64,000 nucleotides of DNA from Myxococcales bacterium (GTDB lineage Bacteria > Desulfobacterota > Binatia > HRBIN30). Position numbers and translations under genes: made by a program. Below, piece by piece: positions 39,742 through 48,704 of the stretch. The stretch covers positions 1 to 64,000 of the forward strand of contig JBBILD010000019.1 in NCBI GenBank assembly GCA_037445065.1. The letters run 5' to 3'. Position 1 is the first letter of the stretch. Each line of letters begins with the position of its first letter. The notes under the pieces are model-generated. The model was not told the DNA's origin and ran no database searches. It worked only from the letters and a program-made list of their open reading frames with translations.

Positions 39742-40359
39742 ATGGGATGGCGTCACAATGCGCGGCTGTGGCTTGCCGCAGCCGCGCTCCTGCCAGTGGG
39801 AGCGTATCTTGTTCCGATTTGGGGAATCCTGCTCTACGCGCCCCAATACCCTGAGGGAATCTCTCTGTACATTTGGGTGAACCGCATCACCGGCCAACTC
39901 GACTTGGTGAACGGATTGAACCACTACATCGGCATGAAGCCGATTACGCCAGAGAGCATCCCGGAGTTGCGCTGGATGCCGGGACTCCTCGCTGCTTTAT
40001 CTGTCACAGGTCTGGCTGTGGCTTGGGTAAATTCTGCGAGGTTTGCTGTAGTGTGGCTGGTTTCCTTTGCTTTGCTTGGCTTGCTCGGACTCTATGACTT
40101 TTACCTGTGGGGTTACGATTACGGCCACAACCTCGACCCGCACGCTCCGATTCAAGTCCCGGGTATGAGTTATCAGCCGCCGTTGATTGGAGTGAAGGAG
40201 TTGTTGAACTTTACCGCAGTCTCCTTTCCCCATCTGGGGGCTTTGCTATTGGCTGTCGCGTTCCTTTGCGGGGTCGTGGGCACAGCGCTCCTCCTGCGCA
40301 AAAGTCGCGAGGTTCCAGTGCCGGTGCCCGGCGCAAGAGCCGTGGTCGCACAAAAGTAA
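39742..40359 (+). CDS. nosB: Clade II nos membrane protein NosB
   Basis: APQYPEG, NGLNHYIGM, YGHNLDP.AP, YQPPLIG motifs directly after nosZ. Confidence 0.88.
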   Translation: MGWRHNARLWLAAAALLPVGAYLVPIWGILLYAPQYPEGISLYIWVNRITGQLDLVNGLNHYIGMKPITPESIPELRWMPGLLAALSVTGLAVAWVNSARFAVVWLVSFALLGLLGLYDFYLWGYDYGHNLDPHAPIQVPGMSYQPPLIGVKELLNFTAVSFPHLGALLLAVAFLCGVVGTALLLRKSREVPVPVPGARAVVAQK

Positions 40360-40805
40360 TGCGAGGTTCGACCGCAGTCTTGCTTCTCGGCTGGATCACG
40401 ATTGGCTTGGGTTGCCGAAGCGAAGGTCCCATCCCACTGCCGGCCGAACGGGTTGAGTGTGCCCAGTGTCGGATGGTGATTACCGACCCTCGCTTTGCCG
40501 CACAGGTCCGCACACTGAAAGGGCGCGTGCTGTTCTTCGATTCGGTCGAGTGCGCGCGTGCATGGGCAGGGCGACCTGAGGTACAGGGAGGACGATTTTA
40601 CTTGCGCTCCTTTCTCGATCCGCCGCGCTGGCTTGCCGCGGAGGACTCCTGGATTCTTGAGTGGCAGGGCCTTCGCAGCCCGATGGGCAGGGGCTGGGCA
40701 GCGTTTGCCTCAGAACAGGAAGCGATGCAGTGGCTCGAACAAATGGGGACAGGCGGAGAGAAGTTTCGGGTGATGCGGTGGGCTGCGCTGCCTCCCCCGA
40801 CGTGA
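40359..40805 (+). CDS. nosL: Copper chaperone lipoprotein NosL
   Basis: TAATG coupling, lipobox LGC, CAQCRMVI, FDSVEC, SPMG. Confidence 0.9.
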   Translation: MRGSTAVLLLGWITIGLGCRSEGPIPLPAERVECAQCRMVITDPRFAAQVRTLKGRVLFFDSVECARAWAGRPEVQGGRFYLRSFLDPPRWLAAEDSWILEWQGLRSPMGRGWAAFASEQEAMQWLEQMGTGGEKFRVMRWAALPPPT

Positions 40806-40833
40806 GGCGCAGAGGACAGGGAAGAACGCTCGG

Positions 40834-42021
40834 ATGCTCTGGTTGGCGACCCTTGTGGTTTGCGCGGGCTGTCCGTATGCGACCATTCAGCAGGCGCTCG
40901 ACGCAGCGGAGCCTGGCGATACAGTCCGGGTGCAGGCGGGGGTTTACCGGGAAAGCGTGCGCATAAGCCGAGAAGTACGCCTGGTCGGCGAGGGCGCTGT
41001 GATTGACGGGGAGTTCGCCCGCGATCCGATCGTGATCGCGGCAGATCAGGTCAGCGTGGAAGGCTTCGAGATCCGCCGCTCGCGGCGCGATTTGCTGCGT
41101 GATACGGCGGCAGTGCGGGTCGTGCGCAGCCACGGTTGTCGAATTGAGAACAACCGCTTCGTTGATAATTTTTTTGCGATCTACCTGGAGGAGGTAACGG
41201 GCTGTGTTGTGCGTGGGAACATGGTGGAGGGTGTTCCGCGCGGCGAGGGGATGTCCGCCAACGGCATCCACACTTGGAGCAGCAGCCGTTTGCGGATCGA
41301 AGGCAATCAGGTGCGAGGACACCGAGATGGTATTTATCTAGAGTTCACTTCGCAGAGCGAGATCATTGGGAACGAGGCCACGGAGAACATCCGTTACGGG
41401 CTGCACTTCATGTACTCAGATGACAACCGCTTCTTACGGAACCGTTTCTTCTCCAACGGGGCTGGGGTGGCCGTGATGTATTCCAATCGGGTGGGTATCG
41501 AGGACAATGAGTTTTCGCGCCACCAAGGGCGCGCCAGCTACGGGCTCTTGCTCAAGGAAATCTCGCGCAGTGTTCTCCGGCGGAATCGCTTTTTCGACAA
41601 TTCCACCGCCGTCCACTTCGATGGCAGTCAGAGAAATCAGGTCGCGCACAACCTGTTTCGCGCCAATGGCCTAGCTGTTTCGCTTTGGGCCAGTGCCGAA
41701 GAAAACCGCTTCGAGGGCAACATCTTCGAAGCGAATCTCTTCGATTTCCACACCAACAGCAGTGGTCCGACGACCAACCGCCTGCAAGGGAACTACTTCA
41801 GCGGGTACCTCGGTTATGATCTCGACCGCGATGGATTCGGGGACCTTCCGTATCGGCCGTTTTCGTACTCGGCTGTTTTGTTGGCTCGTTACCCGTTGGC
41901 GGGGTTGCTGGCCAAGAGCGCGTTTTTCGAACTCTTGGATTTGAGCGAGCGCTTGCTGCCCTCGCTTGTCCCGGCGCAATTGGTCGATGAACATCCGCTC
42001 ATGCACCGCCCCACCTCCTGA
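40834..42021 (+). CDS. nosD: NosD maturation protein (beta-helix)
   Basis: NGIH.W, RDGIYLEF, RYGLHFMYS, GYDLDRDGFGDLPY. Confidence 0.95.
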   Translation: MLWLATLVVCAGCPYATIQQALDAAEPGDTVRVQAGVYRESVRISREVRLVGEGAVIDGEFARDPIVIAADQVSVEGFEIRRSRRDLLRDTAAVRVVRSHGCRIENNRFVDNFFAIYLEEVTGCVVRGNMVEGVPRGEGMSANGIHTWSSSRLRIEGNQVRGHRDGIYLEFTSQSEIIGNEATENIRYGLHFMYSDDNRFLRNRFFSNGAGVAVMYSNRVGIEDNEFSRHQGRASYGLLLKEISRSVLRRNRFFDNSTAVHFDGSQRNQVAHNLFRANGLAVSLWASAEENRFEGNIFEANLFDFHTNSSGPTTNRLQGNYFSGYLGYDLDRDGFGDLPYRPFSYSAVLLARYPLAGLLAKSAFFELLDLSERLLPSLVPAQLVDEHPLMHRPTS

Positions 42022-42026
42022 GAGCC

Positions 42027-42734
42027 ATGACGAAGCTTTCGCTGGTGCAAGTTCGGAAGACGTACCGCGCGGTTTGCGCCCTGCACGACGTCAGCTTCGA
42101 GGCCCCCGCAGGTCAGGTCACCGCACTTGTCGGGCCGAACGCGAGCGGCAAGACCACCTTGATGAAAATCATCTTGGGACTGGTACGAGCAGATCGTGGA
42201 GCCATCTTGTGGGAGGAGCGCCCGCTCGCGGATTATGGCCGCTTTCAGCGTCTTTTGGGCTACATGCCGCAGATACCCAATTTTCCGGTTTATCTCACCC
42301 CAGCCGAAGTTACGCGGATTGTGGCCCAGCTCCGCGGGCATCGCTTGGCTGGATTCGAACACTTGGCAGAATCTTTCCGCCTCGCCCCTTTTTGGCATCG
42401 GCCAATCGGGAAACTCTCCTTAGGCACAAGGCAAAAACTCAGTGCGGTGCTGGCCTTAGGCGTGGAGGCTCAGATCCTGATCCTCGACGAGCCGACTGTA
42501 GGGTTCGATCCGGCTGCCGCGGTTGTCTTCCGGCGGCTTGTGGCGCGGAAGAAAGAGGAGGGAGCCACGGTTCTGTTCGTCTCTCATTTGGTGCAAGAGG
42601 TGGAATCAATCGCGGATCGGGTCGTGTTTCTTGAAGAAGGCCGGGTGAGATTCGCCGGATCGCGTCCGGAGCTACAAGCGAGGACTGGAGCCCGTTCTTT
42701 AGAGGAGGCCGTACTATCTTTTTACGATTGCTGA
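42027..42734 (+). CDS. nosF: NosF ABC ATPase
   Basis: GPNASGKTT, GYMPQIP.FP, ILDEPT; position in the nos cluster. Confidence 0.88.
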   Translation: MTKLSLVQVRKTYRAVCALHDVSFEAPAGQVTALVGPNASGKTTLMKIILGLVRADRGAILWEERPLADYGRFQRLLGYMPQIPNFPVYLTPAEVTRIVAQLRGHRLAGFEHLAESFRLAPFWHRPIGKLSLGTRQKLSAVLALGVEAQILILDEPTVGFDPAAAVVFRRLVARKKEEGATVLFVSHLVQEVESIADRVVFLEEGRVRFAGSRPELQARTGARSLEEAVLSFYDC

Positions 42735-43456
42735 CATACGAGCTGCGGAACCTGGCTCGTTCGCGCTGGATTTATGGGTACGCCGGGGTGTTTTGGGCTG
42801 CTTCGTTCCTGACCTTTTCCTTTGCGGAGGGAGCGGAGCAGGCGCTGTTGAGCCTGACGCATTGGAACTTGTTGGCTGTGCCCTTGGTGAGTGCGATTGG
42901 CGCCGCGAATGCGGTTTACGGGCGTCGACGCTTCGATGAGTTTTTACTGACCCAACCTGTCTCGCGCAGCGCGGTGTTTTTCTCCTCGGCCGGAGCCCTC
43001 GTATTGGGCTTGGTATCGGCGTTTGCCCTACCCGTGGGGGGCTTGTGTCTGCTTGCAGAATCACCCGGGGGCGTCAGCGCGCGAATGGTAGCAGGCGGAA
43101 GTGCAGTGGCTGCGGTGTTTGTCATGCTTGGTACAGCAGTGGGGCTTGCCGTAGAGGATCGCGCGCGCGGGCTAGGATTGCTCTTGCTGATTTGGATCAT
43201 TGCCAGCGTGGTGTACGACGCGCTTCTCTTGTACGCGATTGCGATGCTCGAGGACTATCCGATTGAGCCATTCCTGACCGTTGCCGTCTGGGTAAACCCG
43301 GTCGACGCGGTTCGCTTGCTCCTGTATCAGGACTTAGGTTTGCGGTTTCTTTTGCCCGTTACGTTACCGGAATGGTCCGTTTGGGCCGGCCTTGCGGGTT
43401 GGCTTGGCGCCGTCAGCCTTTGTACCTGGTTGATGGCTTTGCGCAAGGACTACTGA
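42728..43456 (+). CDS. nosY: NosY ABC permease
   Basis: Multi-TM; RSRW, LLTQPVSR, NPVD.VR; follows nosF. Confidence 0.85.
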   Translation: MLTYELRNLARSRWIYGYAGVFWAASFLTFSFAEGAEQALLSLTHWNLLAVPLVSAIGAANAVYGRRRFDEFLLTQPVSRSAVFFSSAGALVLGLVSAFALPVGGLCLLAESPGGVSARMVAGGSAVAAVFVMLGTAVGLAVEDRARGLGLLLLIWIIASVVYDALLLYAIAMLEDYPIEPFLTVAVWVNPVDAVRLLLYQDLGLRFLLPVTLPEWSVWAGLAGWLGAVSLCTWLMALRKDY

Positions 43457-43497
43457 GCTCGACTCTTGGCAACCCTAGTTTCGAGCCGTTCCCAAGT

Positions 43498-44079
43498 TCA
43501 GTCGCACACGTTGACCACGATATCCACGCGCCGATTTTGCCTCCGGCCCTCCGGATTATCCGATCCGTCCGGCTTGGTGTTCGGAGCTACCGGCCTTCGT
43601 TTGCCGTAGCCTTTGACGGTCACCTGACCAGGCTTGAGGAAACCCCGCTCGATAAACCAGTCTCGCACCATTTGTGCTCGGCGCTCGCTCAACCGGTCGT
43701 TCACAGAATCCGGGCCCAGACTGTCGGTGTGGCCTTCGATCAACACTGTGTGATTCTGTGCCTTTTGCTGAAGGATGGCGCCGGCAACTTGCAGAGAAAG
43801 CTCTGCTTCGAGACCCAAGTCGGCGCTTTCGAACTCGAACAGGGTGTCAGAAGCCAAGGTGAGTCGTTCCTCGCAGCCACTTGCGTTCGGGCCGCTTCCC
43901 GTTTGGCTGACGGCGGAACGGCTCTCTCTCCCGGCGGCCCCAGGCTCCTGCTGCGCATAGGCTGCAGGGAAAGGGACCAGGCCACGCGTTAAGATTAGAA
44001 CCACGGCACAGTCTCTTGCTGACCGTAAGACCAGCCACCGCAGTTTGGCGGATCCAAAAGCACGGCGCATGGTGCTCAC
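43498..44079 (-). CDS. OmpA/MotB C-terminal-domain (peptidoglycan-binding) protein
   Basis: IEGHTDS.G...N..LSERRA, GYGK..PVAPN, GRRQNRRV. Start uncertain. Confidence 0.88.
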   Translation of the reverse strand: MSTMRRAFGSAKLRWLVLRSARDCAVVLILTRGLVPFPAAYAQQEPGAAGRESRSAVSQTGSGPNASGCEERLTLASDTLFEFESADLGLEAELSLQVAGAILQQKAQNHTVLIEGHTDSLGPDSVNDRLSERRAQMVRDWFIERGFLKPGQVTVKGYGKRRPVAPNTKPDGSDNPEGRRQNRRVDIVVNVCD

Positions 44080-44147
44080 CCTCGCAACTGCAATCTTCCT
44101 CCAGTTAGGCGGGGCGAGTCAACCGAAACTTGCGCTGGCGTTGCGCC

Positions 44148-46160
44148 TCAGCCGCGAGTGCGAATCTCCACCCAAGTCTCGTTGTTGGTGGGATCGGGTT
44201 CCGTGTTGCCGGGATGAACAGTTTCGACACGTAGGAGGAGTAAACAGGAGGATCCGGCCAGACGAGAAACGGATAGCTCCACGCGCGCCGCTCGGGTGCG
44301 TCCCGGGGCCACGAGAGCGACGTTCTGGGCTCCAGGTAGACGGGACTCGAAGTCGGCTTCCCCGACCACGGTTCCCGCTGGGCAGGTGCCGTCCATGGCC
44401 AGCAAGCGCACGAGGTGTCCAAACGGCTCTTCGACCACTGACGGGTCTCCATTTCGTACCCGCACGCGCAAGACGCGCTTCGACGCCGTTTGGGAACCGC
44501 GAAAGCGAACCGAAAGCGGTTCCCGCGGAAGCACCGCTGATTCGTGTGCAGTGTGCGTCGAGGGCGGAAGCACGGCGCGAACTTCTACCGCACGGGAGGT
44601 AGTTAGGGACCCGTCGGACGCGGTCAGCACGATGCGGTACGTACCGGGAAGAGGGAATAGGTGGCCGGGGTTGGCGCCCGTGACCGTGCGGTCCGGTGCC
44701 TCGAAGGTCCACCGAAGGCTCAGCGGGTCCCCATCCACATCCGCAGATCCGTAAGGGGAAACCCGAAACCACTGGCCTGCCACGACTTCGCGCGTGGGCC
44801 CCGGATCCGGCCACGGGGCATGGTTCCATACTGTGAAGGCGGACTCCGTGGCTCCTCGATCAGGGCGCTGCCCGAGAGGGCGGCGTTGTTGCCGTGCATC
44901 GTCCGGCACTTCTGACTGAGTATCTGCTGAATCGACCGCTGGACTGTCAGCGCTCAGTTGATAGAGGTCCTCGCTCGATTCGAAACTCGGGTCCATTGCG
45001 TAGGTTCCGAAGCCAAGGCCTGTGGCTGCACGGTACGGCCCCGCGTTGACATCCTGCCCTGAGAATTGCCGCCGCCCACTGCGATCCTGCAGGACCACCA
45101 AAGCTTCCGTGGAATCGGGCCGAAACATCAGATTGAACGACTCCTCGAGGGAAACCCCGGCTTCGGCCTCGAGCACTTTCCCCGTGCCTACCAAGATCGA
45201 GTTACGCAGCGAGACGCGGTAGCTCCCAGGGCCGAATCCAGGCAACGGCGAGTACAGAAGCACTTGCTGCTGGGAGTTGTCCGCAAAGGTCCCGTGCTCG
45301 AGTGTGAGGGTGCTGAGCTCAGGGTCAGCGGCTGTCACCGATACGCCTACTCGGTTTTGTGCGGAAATCAAATTCTCTCCGCGGCCACCGCGAAAGAACT
45401 TGAAGCCGCTGCAACCGTTCGCGGTACTGACGCTGCGGCGTACGATCACGGGGCCTTGGAAGTCGAAACCGTCTTCTCCATTCGCGAAGGCGCGGCAGTC
45501 TTCGATGAGGATGGCGTCGGTGTCTGCAGCCACCACGAAGCCATCCGCGTCCCCGGCGCAACCGCGCCCGTCGTCGTTGCGATCGGCCTGGCTGGCGCGG
45601 ATGGTCACCTCTCGGCTCCCTTGATAGATGCGCACCCCATGTGCGGAATTTCCGGAAAAGACGCAGCGTTCTACGACCACTCGTTCCGCACCCGCAATCC
45701 ACAACCCGGCCCGGTTTCCCGTGATCCGGCAATCCTCGATGCGAATGTCGTGGCTCCCAGGCCGCAGGAACAGAGTCTCATGGTACCCACCGCTGGCCTG
45801 AATGCCGTGGAATGAGACGTGACCCACGTCGCCTCGCACATCGAAAGCAGAGAGGCTGGCGCTGGGATCTGGGCTGACGAGTTCCGCTCCCGGCTCGGCC
45901 GAGATGAGGACCGGCGCTTGGGGTGTGCCGCCACGGCTCAAGACGACCGCCTCCGCATACGTGCCAGGCAAAATCACCAAGGTATCCCCTGGCGAGAGCA
46001 CGGAAGCGCCGTGCTGTACGGAACGAAAAGGGGTTTCGATGGTGCCACTTGCGCTGTCAGAGCCAGAGGGGCTCACGTAAAAGGTCGCGGCTAAGAGCGG
46101 CGAGCGCGAAGCGATGGACAACGCGAGTACGCCCACGACGACCACGAAGCGGCGGACCAT
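44148..46160 (-). CDS. Secreted right-handed beta-helix (pectate-lyase-like) protein with PKD domain and C-terminal module shared with 35275..36990
   Basis: Signal peptide; FYVSPSGSD...GT...PF, PGD...PGTY, ADGF, NGEDGFD; PKD (D.DGDPL...W.F, PGTY..VLTASDG). Confidence 0.85.
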   Translation of the reverse strand: MVRRFVVVVGVLALSIASRSPLLAATFYVSPSGSDSASGTIETPFRSVQHGASVLSPGDTLVILPGTYAEAVVLSRGGTPQAPVLISAEPGAELVSPDPSASLSAFDVRGDVGHVSFHGIQASGGYHETLFLRPGSHDIRIEDCRITGNRAGLWIAGAERVVVERCVFSGNSAHGVRIYQGSREVTIRASQADRNDDGRGCAGDADGFVVAADTDAILIEDCRAFANGEDGFDFQGPVIVRRSVSTANGCSGFKFFRGGRGENLISAQNRVGVSVTAADPELSTLTLEHGTFADNSQQQVLLYSPLPGFGPGSYRVSLRNSILVGTGKVLEAEAGVSLEESFNLMFRPDSTEALVVLQDRSGRRQFSGQDVNAGPYRAATGLGFGTYAMDPSFESSEDLYQLSADSPAVDSADTQSEVPDDARQQRRPLGQRPDRGATESAFTVWNHAPWPDPGPTREVVAGQWFRVSPYGSADVDGDPLSLRWTFEAPDRTVTGANPGHLFPLPGTYRIVLTASDGSLTTSRAVEVRAVLPPSTHTAHESAVLPREPLSVRFRGSQTASKRVLRVRVRNGDPSVVEEPFGHLVRLLAMDGTCPAGTVVGEADFESRLPGAQNVALVAPGRTRAARVELSVSRLAGSSCLLLLRVETVHPGNTEPDPTNNETWVEIRTRG

Positions 46161-46299
46161 AAGCCGCTCGATCTGCGAGACTCATGCCTAACCTTGTTGG
46201 GTCAGGCTGCCGCGGCCTGTGGCAAACTTGAGGCGTGAGTTACCGGTGAGAGAGTGACATGCGGCCGTTCTCGGAGCAGGTTGAGTGGCGCCCCGCTCC

Positions 46300-46746
46300 T
46301 CAGCGGACTGGCCTGCCCGCGAGTTCGGCATCGGGTTGGAGGCAGAGCAGTCGCACCCTACCGGTGGCGACGATCCTACCTTCGGCATCCCGCGCGGTTG
46401 CTTCCCATAGCTGGCTCCTCCGGCCGCGGGTGATCGGCGTTGCTGTCACGCGAATCGTGCCCGAGCGAACCGCCCGGACGAAGCTGGTGTGGTTTTCCAC
46501 CCCGACCACAGCCAGGCCTCGCTCGAGTGCATCCAGACCTGCGCCCGTGGAGCACGCCGTTTCCACGGCGCCGCAGTGCACGCCTCCGTGTACAATCCCA
46601 TACGGTTGCAGGTGGCGCTCGTCCACATCGTATTCGAGAATGACCTGGTCGCGCGTCGCCGAGACGATGCGGATGCCGAGGGTCTGGTCGTACCCACCCA
46701 TTCGCTGGCGGATTTGCTCGCTAAAATCGGAGGATTGCTCGCTCAT
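46300..46746 (-). CDS. PaaI family hotdog-fold thioesterase
   Basis: HLQPYGIVHGG, GVEN.TSFVR, GRR.QLW. Confidence 0.9.
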   Translation of the reverse strand: MSEQSSDFSEQIRQRMGGYDQTLGIRIVSATRDQVILEYDVDERHLQPYGIVHGGVHCGAVETACSTGAGLDALERGLAVVGVENHTSFVRAVRSGTIRVTATPITRGRRSQLWEATARDAEGRIVATGRVRLLCLQPDAELAGRPVR

Positions 46747-46856
46747 GGGGCCACGTATATCGCAAAAAGAGCAGGCAACGGCGAGAGGCTAAGCGCGGGG
46801 ACCCGCAGCGCGAGGCGTCGCGGGTCCCGTTGCTCGGCGATGAACGGAGGAGGTTT

Positions 46857-48389
46857 ATGTTCGGTGCGAGGACGAAGTGTTGGGGGAAAGCTGCGGGGCT
46901 GGTGTTGGTATTCTGGCTGCTCGTTAGTCCGGCTGGGGCCAAGGGGCCCGAGACGTTTGGGTTCGAAGATGTGGTGGAACGCGCACGCAAGCTGGCTCGT
47001 GAGCCGTTTCGTGACAGCAAGGAGCGGGTGCCCCAGTGGATGCTGGACATGACGTACGACCAATGGCGGGACATCCGCTTTCGCCCAGAGCATGCGCTGT
47101 GGCGCTCGGAGGGTCTCCCGTTCGAGGTTCAGTTCTTTCACCTCGGCCTCTATTACCCGCGGCCGGTGTCCGTCAACGTCGTGGACCAAGGCCGGGTTGA
47201 GCACGTGCGGTTTTCCCCTGCGCTGTTCGATTATGGCAAGAACACATTCGCGGCGGCCATTCCTGACGACATCGGCTTTGCGGGGTTCCGGCTGCACTAC
47301 CCGATCAAGCGACCGGATTATAAGGATGAAGTGATCGTTTTCCTCGGGGCGAGTTACTTTCGAGCCTTGGGGCGAGAGCAAGTTTACGGGCTGTCCGCAC
47401 GCGGCATTGCGATCGACACCTTGGCTCCGCAGGGAGAAGAGTTCCCGTACTTCGTCGAGTTTTGGCTTGTGAAACCAGCCCCGGATGCGACCGAGATTTC
47501 CCTCTACGCTTTGTTAGATGGACCGAGCGTTACCGGGGCGTATCGTTTCCGCATTGTGCCCGGAGAACAGACGCGGACGGATGTGGACGCGCGACTCTTC
47601 TTCCGCCGTGAGGTCGGTAAGCTCGGTCTTGCCCCGCTCACGAGCATGTTCTTTCACGGCGAAAACACGCCACGCTGCTTCAACGATTTCCGGCCGGAGG
47701 TGCATGACTCTGATGGCTTGCTGCTGTGGGCGCGGGGGGGCGAGTGGTTGTGGCGGCCGCTGGATAATCCCGCTGCATTGCAGATCAGTGCCTTCGAGCT
47801 GCACGACCCCCGCGGGTTCGGGCTGATGCAGCGAGACCGAGATTTTGAGAACTATCAGGATTTGGAAGCGCGCTCCGAGTTGCGCCCCAGTGCCTGGCAA
47901 GAGTTACACGGGGATTGGGGCAAGGGGCATGTCGAACTCATTGAATTGCCCACGGACTCGGACATCCACGACAACGTGGTCGCGTTCTGGCGGCCGGCGC
48001 GTCCTCCCCGCGCTGGCGATTCGCTGCGCATTTCTTACACAGTATTTTGGTACGGAGATGACCCGACGCGCCCGCCAGCAGGGCGGGTGTTGGCGACTCG
48101 CCAAGAACGCACGAAAGAGGGGAGCCAACGGTTCGTGATTGATTTTGGACGCGGAACCTTGGAAAGCCTTGGCGCGGATCGTCCCGTCGAGGGGGTGGTG
48201 ACGGTCGCTTCTCGCCCCGAAACAGGGCAGATCGTTGAACAGCACGTTCTCAAGAATCCCGTGAACGGTTCCTGGAGGTTGAGCTTCCAGGTGCGCCCGT
48301 CGGGCACAGGGCCGGTCGAGTTGCGCGCCTTCTTGAAGCTTGGCAAGGATGTGCTGACCGAGACGTGGTCGTATTCTTTGGTGCCGTGA
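46857..48389 (+). CDS. opgG: Periplasmic glucan biosynthesis protein OpgG/MdoG family
   Basis: GGAGGAGG RBS; FLGASYFRA, YGLSARG, DFRPEVHDSDGL, GFGLMQRDR, ETWSY. No Tat motif, so OpgG rather than OpgD. Confidence 0.92.
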   Translation: MFGARTKCWGKAAGLVLVFWLLVSPAGAKGPETFGFEDVVERARKLAREPFRDSKERVPQWMLDMTYDQWRDIRFRPEHALWRSEGLPFEVQFFHLGLYYPRPVSVNVVDQGRVEHVRFSPALFDYGKNTFAAAIPDDIGFAGFRLHYPIKRPDYKDEVIVFLGASYFRALGREQVYGLSARGIAIDTLAPQGEEFPYFVEFWLVKPAPDATEISLYALLDGPSVTGAYRFRIVPGEQTRTDVDARLFFRREVGKLGLAPLTSMFFHGENTPRCFNDFRPEVHDSDGLLLWARGGEWLWRPLDNPAALQISAFELHDPRGFGLMQRDRDFENYQDLEARSELRPSAWQELHGDWGKGHVELIELPTDSDIHDNVVAFWRPARPPRAGDSLRISYTVFWYGDDPTRPPAGRVLATRQERTKEGSQRFVIDFGRGTLESLGADRPVEGVVTVASRPETGQIVEQHVLKNPVNGSWRLSFQVRPSGTGPVELRAFLKLGKDVLTETWSYSLVP

Positions 48390-48704
48390 CACCAACCGCG
48401 CAAAGATTTCCTCGCTCCGCTACGCTCTTCGGGATTCCGCGTAGAGAACCCGTCGCTGGCTATCGAGCCAGATGGCGGCGCAGAGTTGGAAGCCCGCCCG
48501 AGTCAGGAATACGAAAGAGCGCGCGTCGGCATGTGATTCGCGGGGGTGAGTGTGGGGGTCGACGGAGCGGTGGCGACCGGTTAGAGCGTGCTTGCTTTTG
48601 CAACGCGAGAGCGGCACACAATGTCTGGCTCGGAACTATCGAATGAAGGACGGAGACGTCGCGCGAGCACAGAACACAACCGCTGGCAGCAAGGGAGGAG
48701 TATG

